64,000 nucleotides of DNA from Bugula neritina (Eukaryota; Animalia; Bryozoa). Shown in pieces: positions 13,001 to 25,618 of this stretch; positions within the stretch are counted from its first letter, which is position 1; every line of letters begins with the position of its first letter. The DNA is taken from NCBI GenBank assembly GCA_964035545.1, contig OZ037773.1, forward strand, positions 1,579,751-1,643,750, given 5' to 3'. The notes below the pieces were generated by a model. That model worked only from the letters and a program-made list of their open reading frames with translations, was not told the origin of the DNA and did not search any database. The position numbers were made by a program, and so were the translations under genes.

Positions 13001-16000
13001 GTTCCGAGGAGAGCTGACAGTGGGCGTTGGCCCCGCACTCCTGATGACTTTCACAGTCAGCCTCTACACACTCAGATCCAGAGCCTGTCAACACAACAGT
13101 CATTAGTCAATGAAGACTGAATCAACCAATCAGCTGTCGGGTATGATGTATGTATTTATTTACAGCCGGCACAAGTGATGTGAGCATGCTTAAAGACAAA
13201 AGTACTTACGAAGGAATCCGGGGTAACAGAGGCAGCCATAACTCCCGTCTCCTTGAGCTACACAGTAACTGTTGACATTGCACAGAGTGGGCGTGTCCAG
13301 ACAGCTCTTGGGTACCGCCTCTTTCTCTGTATGTGAAACCAACAGTTAGCAAGGGTTACTGTATTATGTAACTATATAGCTTCATACTATTATATTACTA
13401 TAGCGAGATCGTCATATATGCAAATGGTGAGTTCCTTTATGCTACCTGTGGGTGTGGTAGGGGGAGGAACCTACATACCTGTGGGTGTGTTAGTGGGAGG
13501 GACATACATACCTGTGGGTGTGTTAGTGGGAGGGACATACATACCTGTGGGTGTGTTAGTGGGAGGAACATACATACCTGTGGGTGTGTTAGTGGGAGGA
13601 ACATACATACCTGTGGGTGTGTTAGTGGGAGGGACATACATACCTGTGGGTGTGGTAGGGGGAGGAACATACATACCTGTGGGTGTGTTAGTGGGAGGGA
13701 CACACATACCTGTGGGTGTGGTAGTAACCTACATACCTGTGGGTGTGGTAGGGGGAGGAACCTACATACCTGTGGGTGTGGTGGTGGGAGGGACATACAT
13801 ACCTGTGGGTGTAGTGGTGGTGGTGGTAGTGGGAGGAAGTATAGAGGTGGATTCTATAAGCTGACAAGATCTGCCATCGCCAGTGTATCCCGGAAGACAC
13901 GCACAGTAGTAGTAGAGTCTATCTAAATTGTACAGACACTCGGCGTGGAAAGAGCAGTAGGCACAGCTGGCATCTGGAGGACTACTGCATGACTCGCCAT
14001 CTCCAGAGAATCCATCTATACACTGGCACTCGTATTTCCTAGTCTCATCATTGTAGAGGCATTCAGCATTGCTGTCACATATATCTGCCTCATCACATGT
14101 CACCACTACAGTATATACAGTAGCAACTACAGCCTATACAGGGGCAACCACAGTATATACAGCAACAACTACAGTATATACAGTAGCAACTACAGCCTAT
14201 ACAGTGGCAACGACAGTATATACAGCAACAACTACAGTTTATACAGTAGCAACTACAGCCTATACAGTAGCAACTACAGTATATACAGCAACAACTACAG
14301 TATATATAGTAGCAACTACAGTATATACAGTAGCAACTACAGTCTATATTCTATACAGTAGCAACTACAGTCTATACAGTAGCAACTCCAGTCTATACAG
14401 TAGCAACTACAGTATATACAGTAGCAACTGCGGTGTATACAACGTAAACTATAGTATAAAAGATAACAACTGCAATGTAGATTGTATCAACATACAGTAT
14501 ATTCACAAGCACATACCCACAGGGTCACAATAGCTGCCATCTCCTCTATAGCCAGGTTTACAGATACAGGAGACATAATCCCCCTGATACACACACTCGG
14601 CATATTTGTGGCAGCTTAGGTCTCTGCAAGATTTCCTGCCCTCTTCCATCTCTGTGGAACAAATTCAAAGTAGATAGGCAAGTACACAGGCTAAAGATAT
14701 ATCTAAATATACAGCCTACATAGATATCTTGGTACATAGAGTATGTAGAGACCCTGGGTGGTACACAAGCTAGATGTAGATATGGTGGTACACAAGCTAG
14801 ATGTAGATATGGTGGTACACATGCTAGATGTAGATATGGTGGTACACAAGCTAGATGTAGATATGGTGGTACACAAGCTAGATGTAGATATGGTGGTACA
14901 CTGGCTACTTACCGCAGAGATACCCGTCTCCACTGAAGCCCATCTTACAGGTGCATCTATAGCCACCATCTGTGTTGGTGCAAGTGGCATTTTCAGAGCA
15001 AGTATTCAATCCAGTGCTGCATTCGTCCAGATCTACACATCGAGTGTAACAGTTGAGGAAGTGTAGCAGCATTCCTAACTAAGCAAGTTCAAAATATCAT
15101 AAGACTCCATATTTAATCGCAGGACTTACCAATGCAGTTCAAACCACTTCCTTCATAGCCTTGTTTACAGGTACATGTGAACCCATCTCCTTTTGGTATA
15201 CAATCTGCATTGTAGTGACAGTCATGGCTGGCACACACATCCCCTATGGTATAAGCAAGTCACCAACTCATGTACAGTTTTGTGAAGGATATAGAAGGAA
15301 GATGACATTAGATTGCAGCAGAACAAAATATGCTTTTGTGAACTATAATGATTTTTTAGCCAAATAGACTATAAATCATTTGCACAACTTTGTCAATTAT
15401 ATTGAACAAAACTAACAGTATATTAAGATTTAAGCTACAAGTCAACAGACTAATATTGTAATTACTGATTATATTATAGGTAGTGTAATAATGATGGAGC
15501 AAAGTCAGATGTTGATATTATGCTAAAGATAATTTATTGCTTTTTTTGTTAGAAAGTTACAAATATTAAATATATATAAATATCATTGTAATTATATTCA
15601 AAATATTAACATTATATACAGATATATAGTAATTTTTCAATTTTCTTATCTTTCATCAATTGTTAATTTATAGAGCTTAAAAACAGTTCTAAGTCTGATG
15701 TCTTTTTGTTTGATTTATTTTTAAGTTGAGATTTGAACATGTTGCCAACTTTATCTTGCTGAAATTTCTTCAGAATAGCTTTGCTCTTGGTACTAGCTAC
15801 TCTGGGCTGGACAATTCTCTTTACACTTTTATTAGAGAGCTCACTGTTAGCCTTAAATGCTTGCATGGGAGAATCATTATTAATTATAAATGAAGATGAT
15901 GTAGGCTTGTCAACAAATGCGTGATGGTTTTTCTCTCTGCTGACTGAGCGAGATTCATTTTTCATATCTGATTGTTTGTGAAGCAATTTCCGTCGCTTAG

Positions 16001-19000
16001 AGTTAGTATTAGAAGAGTGTCGCTCAATGAAGGAGGGGGCAGCCCGCTTTTCACCACGCTTTTTCATCACTTGTTTACAAAACGAACACTGATAAAATAG
16101 CTGGTTTGGGGATTTAAAGTAGTTCATTAACATTCTATCTTTGAATTTAGACTTCGTCCCCTTAACTTCGAAGAGTCCATCGCTCTGATTGTTAGTACGA
16201 GTTTGAGTTCTATACTTCTTCATCAGACGCATGATAGCATTGCTAGTTTTAGCTTTTGGCTTCAGTTTAAACCGTCTTTGATTAGTCGATCCACAAAAAT
16301 TACAATTCAAGTTCAGTTCTTTTGAATTGCTATTAGTACAATAATTCTGCTGCCTAACTCCGTCAATCTCGTCACAGTCAAACTTGGGTGTGTTAGATCC
16401 TACGTATTTGGCTGTCATTTTAATGTGCTGAAGATTAAAGTGCCTAGAAAGTTCCGGTAAAAGTTGAAAACAAGTTTGTGAAACTCTCTTGGAAAAGTTT
16501 AATCTAGCTTTGAGTGGATCTCCATACTTATGCGAAGATACTTTGCTTTCAGCCATAGCTAAGCAATTGTAAATTCAATATTCGAGTTACAGTAAATCGT
16601 AAATAGGTATACAACGTCGTTAGGACTTAAATATCAAAGAGAAGACAACCTGTATTACTAGTATGTTTCTTCAATGTGAGAAGACTACTCTTAATACAAT
16701 TTAATAAATATTCGCATTTATCAAATAGCATATTATTTTTTATTATAATATCATAAGTCTTCGATATTCTCCATTGTACTGTACTTGCTTCCTTACCAGC
16801 AGATAAAAAAATCGATGCTAAATGATAAAAAAATAATAATGCATTATTATCTTCTATCTTCTCATAATATAATTTGCATGTACATTATATACAAACTATT
16901 GCATAAAAATAACCCTTGGAAAAGAGTGGAAGAAAAACTACTTTATTTGGTAGAAATTTCTATAATTGTTATTTAGCTTGGGTTTCTAATTTCTGCTATG
17001 GGTCTGCTTCAATTTACTGAACAGACAACTTGCCATGCTACAAATATTGCATTTCCTCCTTTCCTCCTTAAAAAATGTTGCAAAAGACTATAGTAAATTT
17101 AATATCAAGTGATATCAAGTGCAACATTGACAGTAAAAAGTATTGATTATTGATTGAAAATATTGTCTCCCAAAAGTAGTAATTGTTGTTAGCATTTTGC
17201 TGATTGTAACAGTTACTGTAGCAACTATGGTAGTTACTGTGGTAGTTAGTGTAGTAGTTACTGTAGTAAAGAAAGCAGTTACTGTAGTTACTGTGGTATT
17301 TACTGTAGTCAATGTAGTAGCAACTGTAGTGACTGAAAGCTACTGTAGCAATTGTGGGAGTAATTACTAAAGATACTGTAGAAGCTATTGTAGTAAGTAT
17401 GGAAGTTACTGTAGTAAGTGTGGTAATTACTGTAGCAGTTGCTGTAGTGGTTACTGTAGTCACTTATTATCTCACCGGTTGTAGGTTGAGCCTCGGAGAT
17501 GAGAGCAAATCTTGTGGTCAACTCATTCTCATTGTAAATCACATAGTAGCCTTGGTGTCTCACACGGTAGAAGTCCGGGGCGGGGGTGCACTCTCTAAAT
17601 GTTATCACCTCCGTCACATCAAACTGGTACTCTTTGTTGTCGACAAAATAAGATCTAGAAGCTTCCGACCTGTATTCTCCTGTAACAAAAGAAAGATAAA
17701 TCCAAATTATTAAACAAACATTCGCAACTACCCCCTTCATGTTTAGGTCTGCATTGGCTAACATTTATCAGTCTACAAAGTCTAAGACTTTCAAGCTCTG
17801 CCCACACTGGCATGTTTTCATGAAAAGTATGACTGTTAAAGTCAATCATCACAAAAACAGATACATTGAGAGGGCAAATTCTTTTAAAATTTAGATATTA
17901 TTTTCTTCTCCCAAATTTAAGAGGAATAAAAGTCTAATGCTTGCTTGACATTGTCTTTTAAAGAAAAAGTCTCCTCTGTGGGTGAATACACAGTTTCTAA
18001 TCAGTTCAGCTAATCAGAGACTACTAGTGTTAAAAAGACTCTTTTTTTATGGTTTTGAATGTTGAAAATGCACTTTGTGTTAAGTTTGTTAAGACGCCAG
18101 TGTTTCAGTGCAGACAAACCTCAGCAGAGAGTATTCTTGCAGTCAAAATGGAGATCAAACAGATATTGAAGAATTTGTTTGCAAGCAAGCATTATGTAAG
18201 CAGCATACATGGCACTCTCACAACTCTTGTCTCTGCAGACTATATTAAAGATGTAGTTTATCCAGAAAGCAAATGTTTCTAGCATGACCTTGACCTACCC
18301 GGTTGTGTCTTGGTGTAGTCAGCCACATAGTCTTTATACGTAGCCTGAGAACCAACAGTGTTGACGGGGAGGGTGCCAGTGATCCGTACTACCATGTCTT
18401 TAGGAGGTGTCTGCATGTCTTGTGGAGTTCCATCGGAAGTCACTCCACTCATTTCTACGTCTAGCCTTACTCTCTCACTGCCAAAGTCCATAGTTGCTGA
18501 GTAGTTCATTATTCCCCCTGTAATAACATACATGTTACACAGAGCTCAGTCTATGGATGACTCATCCAGCTGCAACTAGCCTCAAGGTGTCTATTGCTAT
18601 CCTTATGCAGGGCGGTTTACATTCTTTTATATCATGCAATATGTGAAAACAAAAGCTCCAAAACTAAATAGCAAAATATACTGACATTATGGTTACAAAA
18701 TGGTAGTTTCATAGTTGCTTTGCACCAGTATACACTGGTGCAAAGGAACTGAAGTTAAGCAGTTTCAATCAGCAGTACTGTGACATAACTGATTACTCAG
18801 TCTACCATACTAATCAGACAAAGCTGGCCTAAAACTAATGAGGTGAAGGACAAAGTGGTGATATCACCACATCTGTATGCTGCATAGCATATAGGAAAAC
18901 ATCACTACATTGGCATGTTGTATGACATATAGGCAGCGTGTATGTTTATATGTAGGAAGCATCCTTGGCGTTATATAGATACAAATATTTATAGCTGATA

Positions 19001-22000
19001 AGTGTTCAAACATTTCCTCAGCTGACACCAAAACACTGACAATCATCTTCTATGTTAACCAAGTGTAACCTTCAAACCCGTAGTTATTTTATTCACAAAA
19101 ATCAGATTGCTTTCATTAATCACTCATTCCTATGTGGTTTTAAAACTTAATTTGGCTTCTCATTCAGTTTTTGGCTGAAATACCAACTTTTCGACTAACA
19201 TTTATTCTATCCTGTTGCATTCTACAAGTTAATATGTAGGGTGCCTTTAGTAATATACACTACATATTATTATATTATGATATAACATATATAATACTTT
19301 GAATACATATATGATATATAATCTATTATATATCATATACTATGGGATATGATAATATACGATCTATATAACATGGATATCAGATACATTACATTATTAA
19401 ACTCGTTGCTGTTTTATGTGTGGATGATGATTTATCGAATGTCACCCAACATATCTATAAATAGCTACAGCAGAAATGAAGGCTGCAGGAAGTGTGTTTA
19501 TTTACTAACTCTACTTTTAGTTATCTAGGTAGGTGCAGTAATAGAGAAATTGAGAAAAGCCTGTGCTCTAGATTAAAAATGTAGCAAACGAAGTTATGTT
19601 ATGGCAAAAAGTTCAACCCGCATCACAAACCAAAATTTAATAATAAAATTAAAGAACTTAAGCTATCTCAATTTATCCACCACTGCACTTAAATGGAGTT
19701 ATCATAAGAGGAAGGAACCAGACCTGTGATGGAGAATCCGTTTTCACTGGTTCCGGTTGAGGCTGTAGCAAACAGCCACCCCATAAGTTCTCCAAGAATG
19801 ACGAGGATCTGCAGGGGGTAGCCGGTGAGAGGAGGCAACTTGCTAATCGCTGTGTACGTTCTTGCCTCGTCGACAGCAACATAGACGTACATCCCAGCAT
19901 TACTAATGTCCTCTTCATTCACTGTTCCATATACCTTACCATTGACCCAAAGGGCATCATCTACAGTAGAATACAGCCATTAGGTGTTAACAGAATCCAG
20001 TTAACAGTTTCAACAGTGACATACAGTCAGTAGATATTAATAGCAAAATACAGTCATTGTAGTTAGCCAGTGGTAATTACAAACAATATCTACAGGACGT
20101 ATATAACTGGGACATAGTTCAAGAGAATTTCACCTCCCAAGCATGAGATTCCATTTCCATAGTAACCAAGCTTACAGACACAACATCCCTCTATGCAAAC
20201 TGCATTGGCACTGCACCCCTGAGGGCACTCGTTAGTATCCGGTCCAGGTAGAGCTGTAAGTAGAATAATAGCCGTAGAACTATCAGCTACAACAGGTTGT
20301 AGCTTAAAAACTGTCAGCTAAATGGGCTGAAACATAAATTGCCGAATTGTTTGGTGTTAACTGCTACACTTTTTAGTGAAGTGACGTAGTAGTTAAGGTT
20401 TATGTAGGACTGTTTTGTGAAATATAAGTGAAAAATAACAAGAATAATTCAGTTTGACTATTTCTCAGTCTGATTAACTGAGACTGCAATTGTTATTAGT
20501 GACACATTAAGAGGAGGTATTGGCCCACCTGGACTTGGAGTGGTGGTCATCATGTTAATTTCAGGCTGTTCTATGACCGTCAAGTATCCTATCTTATACA
20601 TCCATACTCCAGGTATGCCAGTGTTGCTCTCTCTACAGTGACAGAGAGCTACTTGAGTATTATTTGAGTATATGTAGCAGAGTGCTACTTGAGCATTACT
20701 TAAGTATACATGTACATGTTACAACACCACTTGATTACAAGTAACAAGCGCTGTTAGAGTATTACTGAAGAATACATAACAGAATGCTACTTGAGCACAA
20801 GTTACAGAGTGCAGTTGAAGAATTACTTAAGTGATACAACATGACTAGAGCACAGGTAAGTACATTAGAGTATTACTTGAGCCTTACTTGAGCAGATGTT
20901 ACATAATGTTACTAAATAATTGCTTGAGTGTTATTCATATACATATAGATATCTTAGAACTAAGGAGACCTGTAGTATTAACACTCTATTACCCATTTGC
21001 CAAACTAAATACATCTATTACTCAAACCATACATGCAGCTATAAAAACAAATAGAAGAGTGTAGTTTGGCTAATACACACTTATCCCAGTTAAAAGCTTC
21101 TTCGAATCCACTTCCAGGCACAACAATAGGGCCGTATTGCTGCGCCCCGCTATCAAAGCCAGCTTGCGCTGAAACCTCTGCTATTTCTGGCTTCAGGTCT
21201 GCCTGTATCCAGTTGATGCTGTTATCCATGTAGATGAAGAAAGCATAACTCCTAAATGCATCTGTGGCAATCACCAACTGGAAGGTGTTGAGCTGTAACA
21301 CAGTTATATATAGTCTTATATTATCTAGTTATATACTATAGAGTTTATATATAATTATATACTATGATATATAAGGTGACTATAAGCTTTATAAAAAAGA
21401 AGTTTGTATAGTCAGTGATATCTAATCTAATTAGTGTTCAGCTTGATTTTTTCATAAAAATCTTAAGCACTTTTTACTTGCCAGTTTTTCACAGCTCCAA
21501 GTGAACGGTTACAGGATATACTCACCTTAGTAAACCGTTGGTAGAACGCACCTACGTTCACCCAGGTAACAGTGAACAGATAAACTTACCTTAGTAAACC
21601 GTTGGTAGAACGCACCTACGTTCACCCAGGTAACAGTGAACAGATAAACTTACCTTAGTAAACCGTTGGTAGAACGCACCTACGTTCACCCAGGTAACAA
21701 TAAGCAGGTAAACTCACCTTAGTAAACCGTTGGTAGAACGCACCTACGTTCACCCAGGTAACAATGAGAAGAGATGCCGGCTGAAAAGCCTCATCAGGTC
21801 TGAACACTTTGCTGATATCAGAGGCAGCTTGGTTGAGTTCAGCCTCCTCTTTGGTTTCTCTGGAAGTATATTTGTGACATTCTGGAATATTCTAAGAAAC
21901 ATATTGGAATATTCTAGCAAACATATTGCAGTTGTCATGAATCAACCAGAAGTTATAGAACTGAAGCTATGACCATCAAATGATATTATTTGGTTTTAAG

Positions 22001-25000
22001 ATGTCTGACTGAAAGTTACAGACTATAACCAGAAGCCATCTTGAAAACTTGTAAAGTAGGAAACTCTGTTGGCAAGGGATTTATGTAGAGCAGTGTATAT
22101 ATTATGATTCAGGAGTATTTCACTCACAGATGAGTTTGAAAACAGTTCAATTCATAACTTTATCAGTAAAATAAACACTGCTTTTAGCTTATTTACTTTA
22201 CATCAACTATAGGAGGTCATGTAAATAAAGGCATTGGTATGCAGATATTTCTGTAGAATAATACTGTTAGAAAGAGCAAAGCTGTAGGGTTGAAGCATGT
22301 CTCTTATGAACCAGAAAGCTAGTTGTAAACTGCAAAATTGACTTTGTAATATAATCCAATGAATGGATCCTCAAAATAACATTAGTGGAACTACTACAGT
22401 TATGTAACCTAGTCTCTACCCTATATAGTAATGTGTATGGAGTAATTAATATAGGCAGAGTACACTTCATATGTTATAAGGGTAATTATTTGCTACCTAT
22501 ACTTAGCTTATGCCCAATGATTATAATATTCTTGTTTTTCATCCCATATTTTGGGCTCACAGCCTATATACTATGTTGTTATATGATATTGTTATTATAT
22601 GGTTATATTATAGGTGTACAATTATAATAGATAACATTCTCTGTTATCAAATGTGCTCACTACAGCATATTTTAACTAACCTCACTCACTCACCTGTAAA
22701 AGACGTCACCTGAAGATGTGGTGTCGATGTCAGCATAAAAAGGGGCAACAACTTCTCTGCCAAGTGGAAACAACTCTCCTGCATATTCTTTCAAAGGTCC
22801 GTCAAACGAGATCAGTCCATTTGTACTAATCTAAAACATCAATTAGCAAATCTAAATCATCAGGACAAACGACAAACGACCACCCAACTCAACCAAAAGT
22901 GATATTTTCTGGCTAAGTGAAAATCTAAATTTTTGTACCTTACTAGCTAAATAGTAGGTTAGATTCCCTAAAAGTTTTTAACTAGTCTACACTTCAAGTG
23001 AGGGTTTTACTACCAGTTCAGCTTTAAGTAACTATGTTGCTATCAGCTCAGCTCTATCTGGTGCAGCTCACAGTGCACGTTATTATATGGTGTCAACAGC
23101 GTGAGGTATGCTACACATGTCTTGCATAACTACTTCTATTGCAGAACACAGGACTTCAACTTATCCTGACTGATTTAAATTACTGATCCTTCTGATATTA
23201 GTTAATCACACGTGGCATCAACTTAGACAGCATTTATTAAATTCAGACATTGAATTACAATTTAGAGATGTAGCGTAACCCCCTTTAGCAACTGATTTAG
23301 GGGTGTCTCACACCCACTTTAGTGACCGAATCAGGGGCATCAGGGGCACACTGCGCCCCCCCCTTTAGTAAACAGCTTACTGACACACATGTCCTATGAC
23401 TCATGGCTGTCTATCTACACTTCACTGCTGCCAGTTGTCAGCTGGAATTGTTTATTTCGTCAGAAACATTAAACTGAGCTGAGCTTTACACTCCTGTTCA
23501 AGCTAATGAGTTTAGGGTGTCGTTTTACTAGACACAGAGAAATTCTAGCAGATCATAATCAAGGGCAACAAACACTGCAGCCAACAACAAAATGACTAAT
23601 AAAACGGCTCATAAAACTTTTCAGCCTTTCTGATCATTTGAGTGACATGTCTTTATAATTTGTAACAAATGAAGACATGCAGACAGGAGATGTAGTAAAG
23701 AACCAGACCCTACAAGTTATTGTAGAGGAAATGTTTCTACGAGAAAAATGGAGACAAACAATTAACAGAACCCATGAGACTCAAGCTTTAGGAAGCATGT
23801 TTGCTATAAAATTAATTTTGAAATTTATCTGAAAACATCACAATTATGATCTATGGAGGCTACATAAACCCATATCACATGTCTGGTGGCTGAGAAAAAG
23901 GAACTTCATGGAAATAATATGCAAAGAGTAACTTTTGAGCAGTTAGGTGCAGAAATGGAGATTTTGACCAAAAATTCCCCCCTGAATAGCATACTGTTGA
24001 AAGTTTTGGGCTTGTGTTAGATGGGCCCTACCAACATATTTGGAAGTGTAAAAAGCTATGGATACAACTGTTGAGCATGATCAACATGTTCCAACTTTTA
24101 TGTGAAATTAGAAACTGGAGCTAAATAGGCGTACATTTCAGTCTCTGAGATACAGCCCTCGATATTCATCTACTATAGGAGGTTGAGAATTAGGGATTAC
24201 GGTTTACTGGGACTAGAAATGTCTGAGATAAGAAATGTCTGGACTAGAAATGTCTAGATTAGAAGTGGAGTTTAATAAGGTATGAGGGCAGCACAAAGGG
24301 TCCCTTATTCACCTATGTATAATAGGAAGTGCACAGTAAGGGCAACCACAGCTACAGCTCTCAGCCTTACAGCACTTGCAGATTAGGAAATGCAAGTAGG
24401 TGCAATGTAACAAAGAAATGACTGTTGGCTAGAAGAGCTGCCTTAGCCACTACTGGCAGCAACTAATGACATTGTTATCAGTATGAAGCATCTGCTATTG
24501 GTAATTAACTTCATAGCAATCATGTTTATCTTTCTATGTTGATACATTCAGTCATAAACGCCACAACAAAATCTTCAGATAAAGCGTGGAACTACATTAT
24601 TCACTGACCATTAGTATAGCTGTAGTAACATAATAAACCCTCCCTACTTGTATAGCTACCACAATGTGTTCAGCTCCTAACTGCAAGCTCAAGATGTGAG
24701 TGACTAGCTAGTAGTTTTAGATAGTTCTAGCCCTAACTCAACCCTTCACACTTAGTAATGGAGCTTAAACTAGCTTGTGCTCAAAAGACTAGCTATAATA
24801 ATTTAAAAGTAACTGGAATCTGCAGTGATCATCATGTAATACTAATTAAATACATTCCCGGCACTGCAACATTGTAGCAGCATTAGTGGAGAATTAATTG
24901 AGAAAAGCCTGTGATTTAAGCTGGAAAAGTAGCAACAGAAGTTATGCTCCCACAAAAAACTTTAACTCATGTCCCAAACCAAAATTTAAGAGAATTAAAG

Positions 25001-25618
25001 AAATCAGGCTATTGAAATTTCTCCACTACTGCACCTAAAATGAAAAAAAATTTTAATTGCCCAAGTTCTTTAATTTTTTTAGAAAAATTTTGGTTTAAGT
25101 TCTCTCGACAACATAACTTCTTTTGCTACACTTATAACCTAGAACATGGACTTTTCTCAATTTAATCTGTACTACTACACTAAATACTTCAGGTTTCTAC
25201 TATTCTAGCTATGCTAATTATATTTTCTATGTTATGCAGCATGGGAAAAGATGATTAGCATAGCTAGAATAGTAAAAAATACACTAGAAAGAAACATGGC
25301 GGGAATAGCTATACCATAATCAACTCTTTCGACCAGAACTAAGTTGGTAGACTATAAACAACCTTGTCACTATGTGGGAGTGAAGTATGTTGATGTTCAG
25401 CAAAAACTTACCCACACTTCGCTTTTCCGCTGAGAGTAAAAGACAATGGGTATGTCTAAATTGTATTTATCTGACGTCACGTCATCACCGATGTCTAAGC
25501 TTTCATCTATGGTGATACCATATGGGTAGAACTGGTCAACGCTGGCTGCGTGTAGATTACTCCAAGTCAAGAATGCACAAGCCAACATGGCTATCCATGA
25601 TTTTATAACACCAGCCAT
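7057..25618 (-). CDS. NID: Nidogen/entactin, ~1236 aa: signal peptide, NIDO, EGF, G2F, 9 EGF, YWTD beta-propeller, EGF
   Basis: 22 phase-compatible GT-AG exons: 25412-25618, 22694-22830, 21718-21859, 21081-21292, 20529-20632, 20134-20253, 19724-19960, 18299-18517, 17476-17679, 15130-15243, 14913-15032, 14517-14651, 13803-14105, 13210-13326, 12935-13084, 12540-12668, 11859-11978, 11471-11581, 9559-9684, 8907-9078, 8229-8629, 7057-7187 (3711 nt). Motifs: [56 protein letters not shown]. Confidence 0.95.
7195..7670. repeat. AT-rich intronic minisatellite next to the last nidogen acceptor
   Basis: Recurrent AACATAGTAATATA / ATATACCTGA units. Produces spurious Tyr/Ile-rich ORFs. Confidence 0.85.
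7805..8236. repeat. 37-bp tandem repeat, ~12 copies, containing the nidogen exon-21 donor
   Basis: CCT recurs at 7821, 7858, 7895 ... 8228 (period 37). On the minus strand the unit includes TACCAG|GTATAG. Confidence 0.9.
9084..9341. repeat. 30-bp tandem repeat, ~8.5 copies, abutting the exon-20 acceptor
   Basis: Unit AACATTAGTGAGTGGATACAGAAACCCCTC. Confidence 0.92.
9714..11185. repeat. 21-bp (some 24-bp) minisatellite, ~1.47 kb, intronic
   Basis: Unit GTGAGAGCTAGTAGTAGTATA. It accounts for ORFs 9676-11106 and 9700-11295. Confidence 0.95.
12700..12910. repeat. ~28-bp degenerate tandem repeat, intronic
   Basis: Unit ATACAATATGCTACAATGAGCTCTAGGA. Confidence 0.8.
13441..13835. repeat. 33-bp tandem repeat, ~12 copies, containing the nidogen exon-13 donor
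   Basis: Minus-strand unit GTATGTATGTCCCTCCCACTAACACACCCACAG, which translates as [11 protein letters not shown]. Confidence 0.92.
14105..14450. repeat. 21-bp tandem repeat starting at the exon-13 acceptor
   Basis: Unit ACTACAGTATATACAGTAGCA; on the minus strand it ends CTGTAG|T. Confidence 0.85.
14757..14901. repeat. 27-bp tandem repeat, ~5 copies
   Basis: Unit GTGGTACACAAGCTAGATGTAGATATG, immediately inside the intron after exon 11. Confidence 0.9.
15663..16556 (-). CDS. C18orf21: C18orf21/RMP24-like protein (Rpr2/RPP21-related zinc ribbon, RNase MRP subunit), 297 aa, single coding exon nested in nidogen intron 9
   Basis: Non-repetitive, basic ORF with two CxxC pairs (CNFC, CSFC). Three blocks resemble recalled human C18orf21 segments: [18 protein letters not shown] vs RVRLKPKARLTPKIQKLL; [16 protein letters not shown] vs TCKTCNRTVKHHGKSR; DLELFLSSI vs DFRNFLSSL. 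An AATAAA lies on the minus strand at 15533-15538. Confidence 0.78.
   Translation of the reverse strand: MAESKVSSHKYGDPLKARLNFSKRVSQTCFQLLPELSRHFNLQHIKMTAKYVGSNTPKFDCDEIDGVRQQNYCTNSNSKELNLNCNFCGSTNQRRFKLKPKAKTSNAIMRLMKKYRTQTRTNNQSDGLFEVKGTKSKFKDRMLMNYFKSPNQLFYQCSFCKQVMKKRGEKRAAPSFIERHSSNTNSKRRKLLHKQSDMKNESRSVSREKNHHAFVDKPTSSSFIINNDSPMQAFKANSELSNKSVKRIVQPRVASTKSKAILKKFQQDKVGNMFKSQLKNKSNKKTSDLELFLSSIN
19532..19689. mobile_element. MITE family A copy
   Basis: Imperfect terminal inverted repeats GTGCAGTAATAGAGAAATTGAG ... CTCAATTTATCCACCACTGCAC. Homologous to the other copies in the window. Confidence 0.7.
21521..21765. repeat. 64-bp tandem repeat x4 spanning the nidogen exon-3 donor
   Basis: Exon-end positions are at 21526, 21590, 21654 and 21718. 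Each unit is ~45 nt of exon plus 19 nt of intron beginning GTRAGT. Confidence 0.95.
24878..25182. mobile_element. Two adjacent, oppositely oriented MITE family A copies
   Basis: GAGAAAAGCCTGTG...TTTCTCCACTACTGCAC (to ~25035), followed by a reverse-oriented copy ending CTTTTCTCAATTT..ACTACTACAC. Confidence 0.6.

Noticed and set aside
18718-18745. 12-bp perfect hairpin CTTTGCACCAGT-ATAC-ACTGGTGCAAAG
   Set aside because: Isolated and too short for a pre-miRNA, with no supporting context; probably a MITE relic or chance.
21521-21765. Regularly spaced direct repeats resembling a CRISPR array (also 33505-34284 and 57720-58112)
   Set aside because: No unique spacers and no cas genes, and the context is eukaryotic and intronic; the units are copies of exon junctions.
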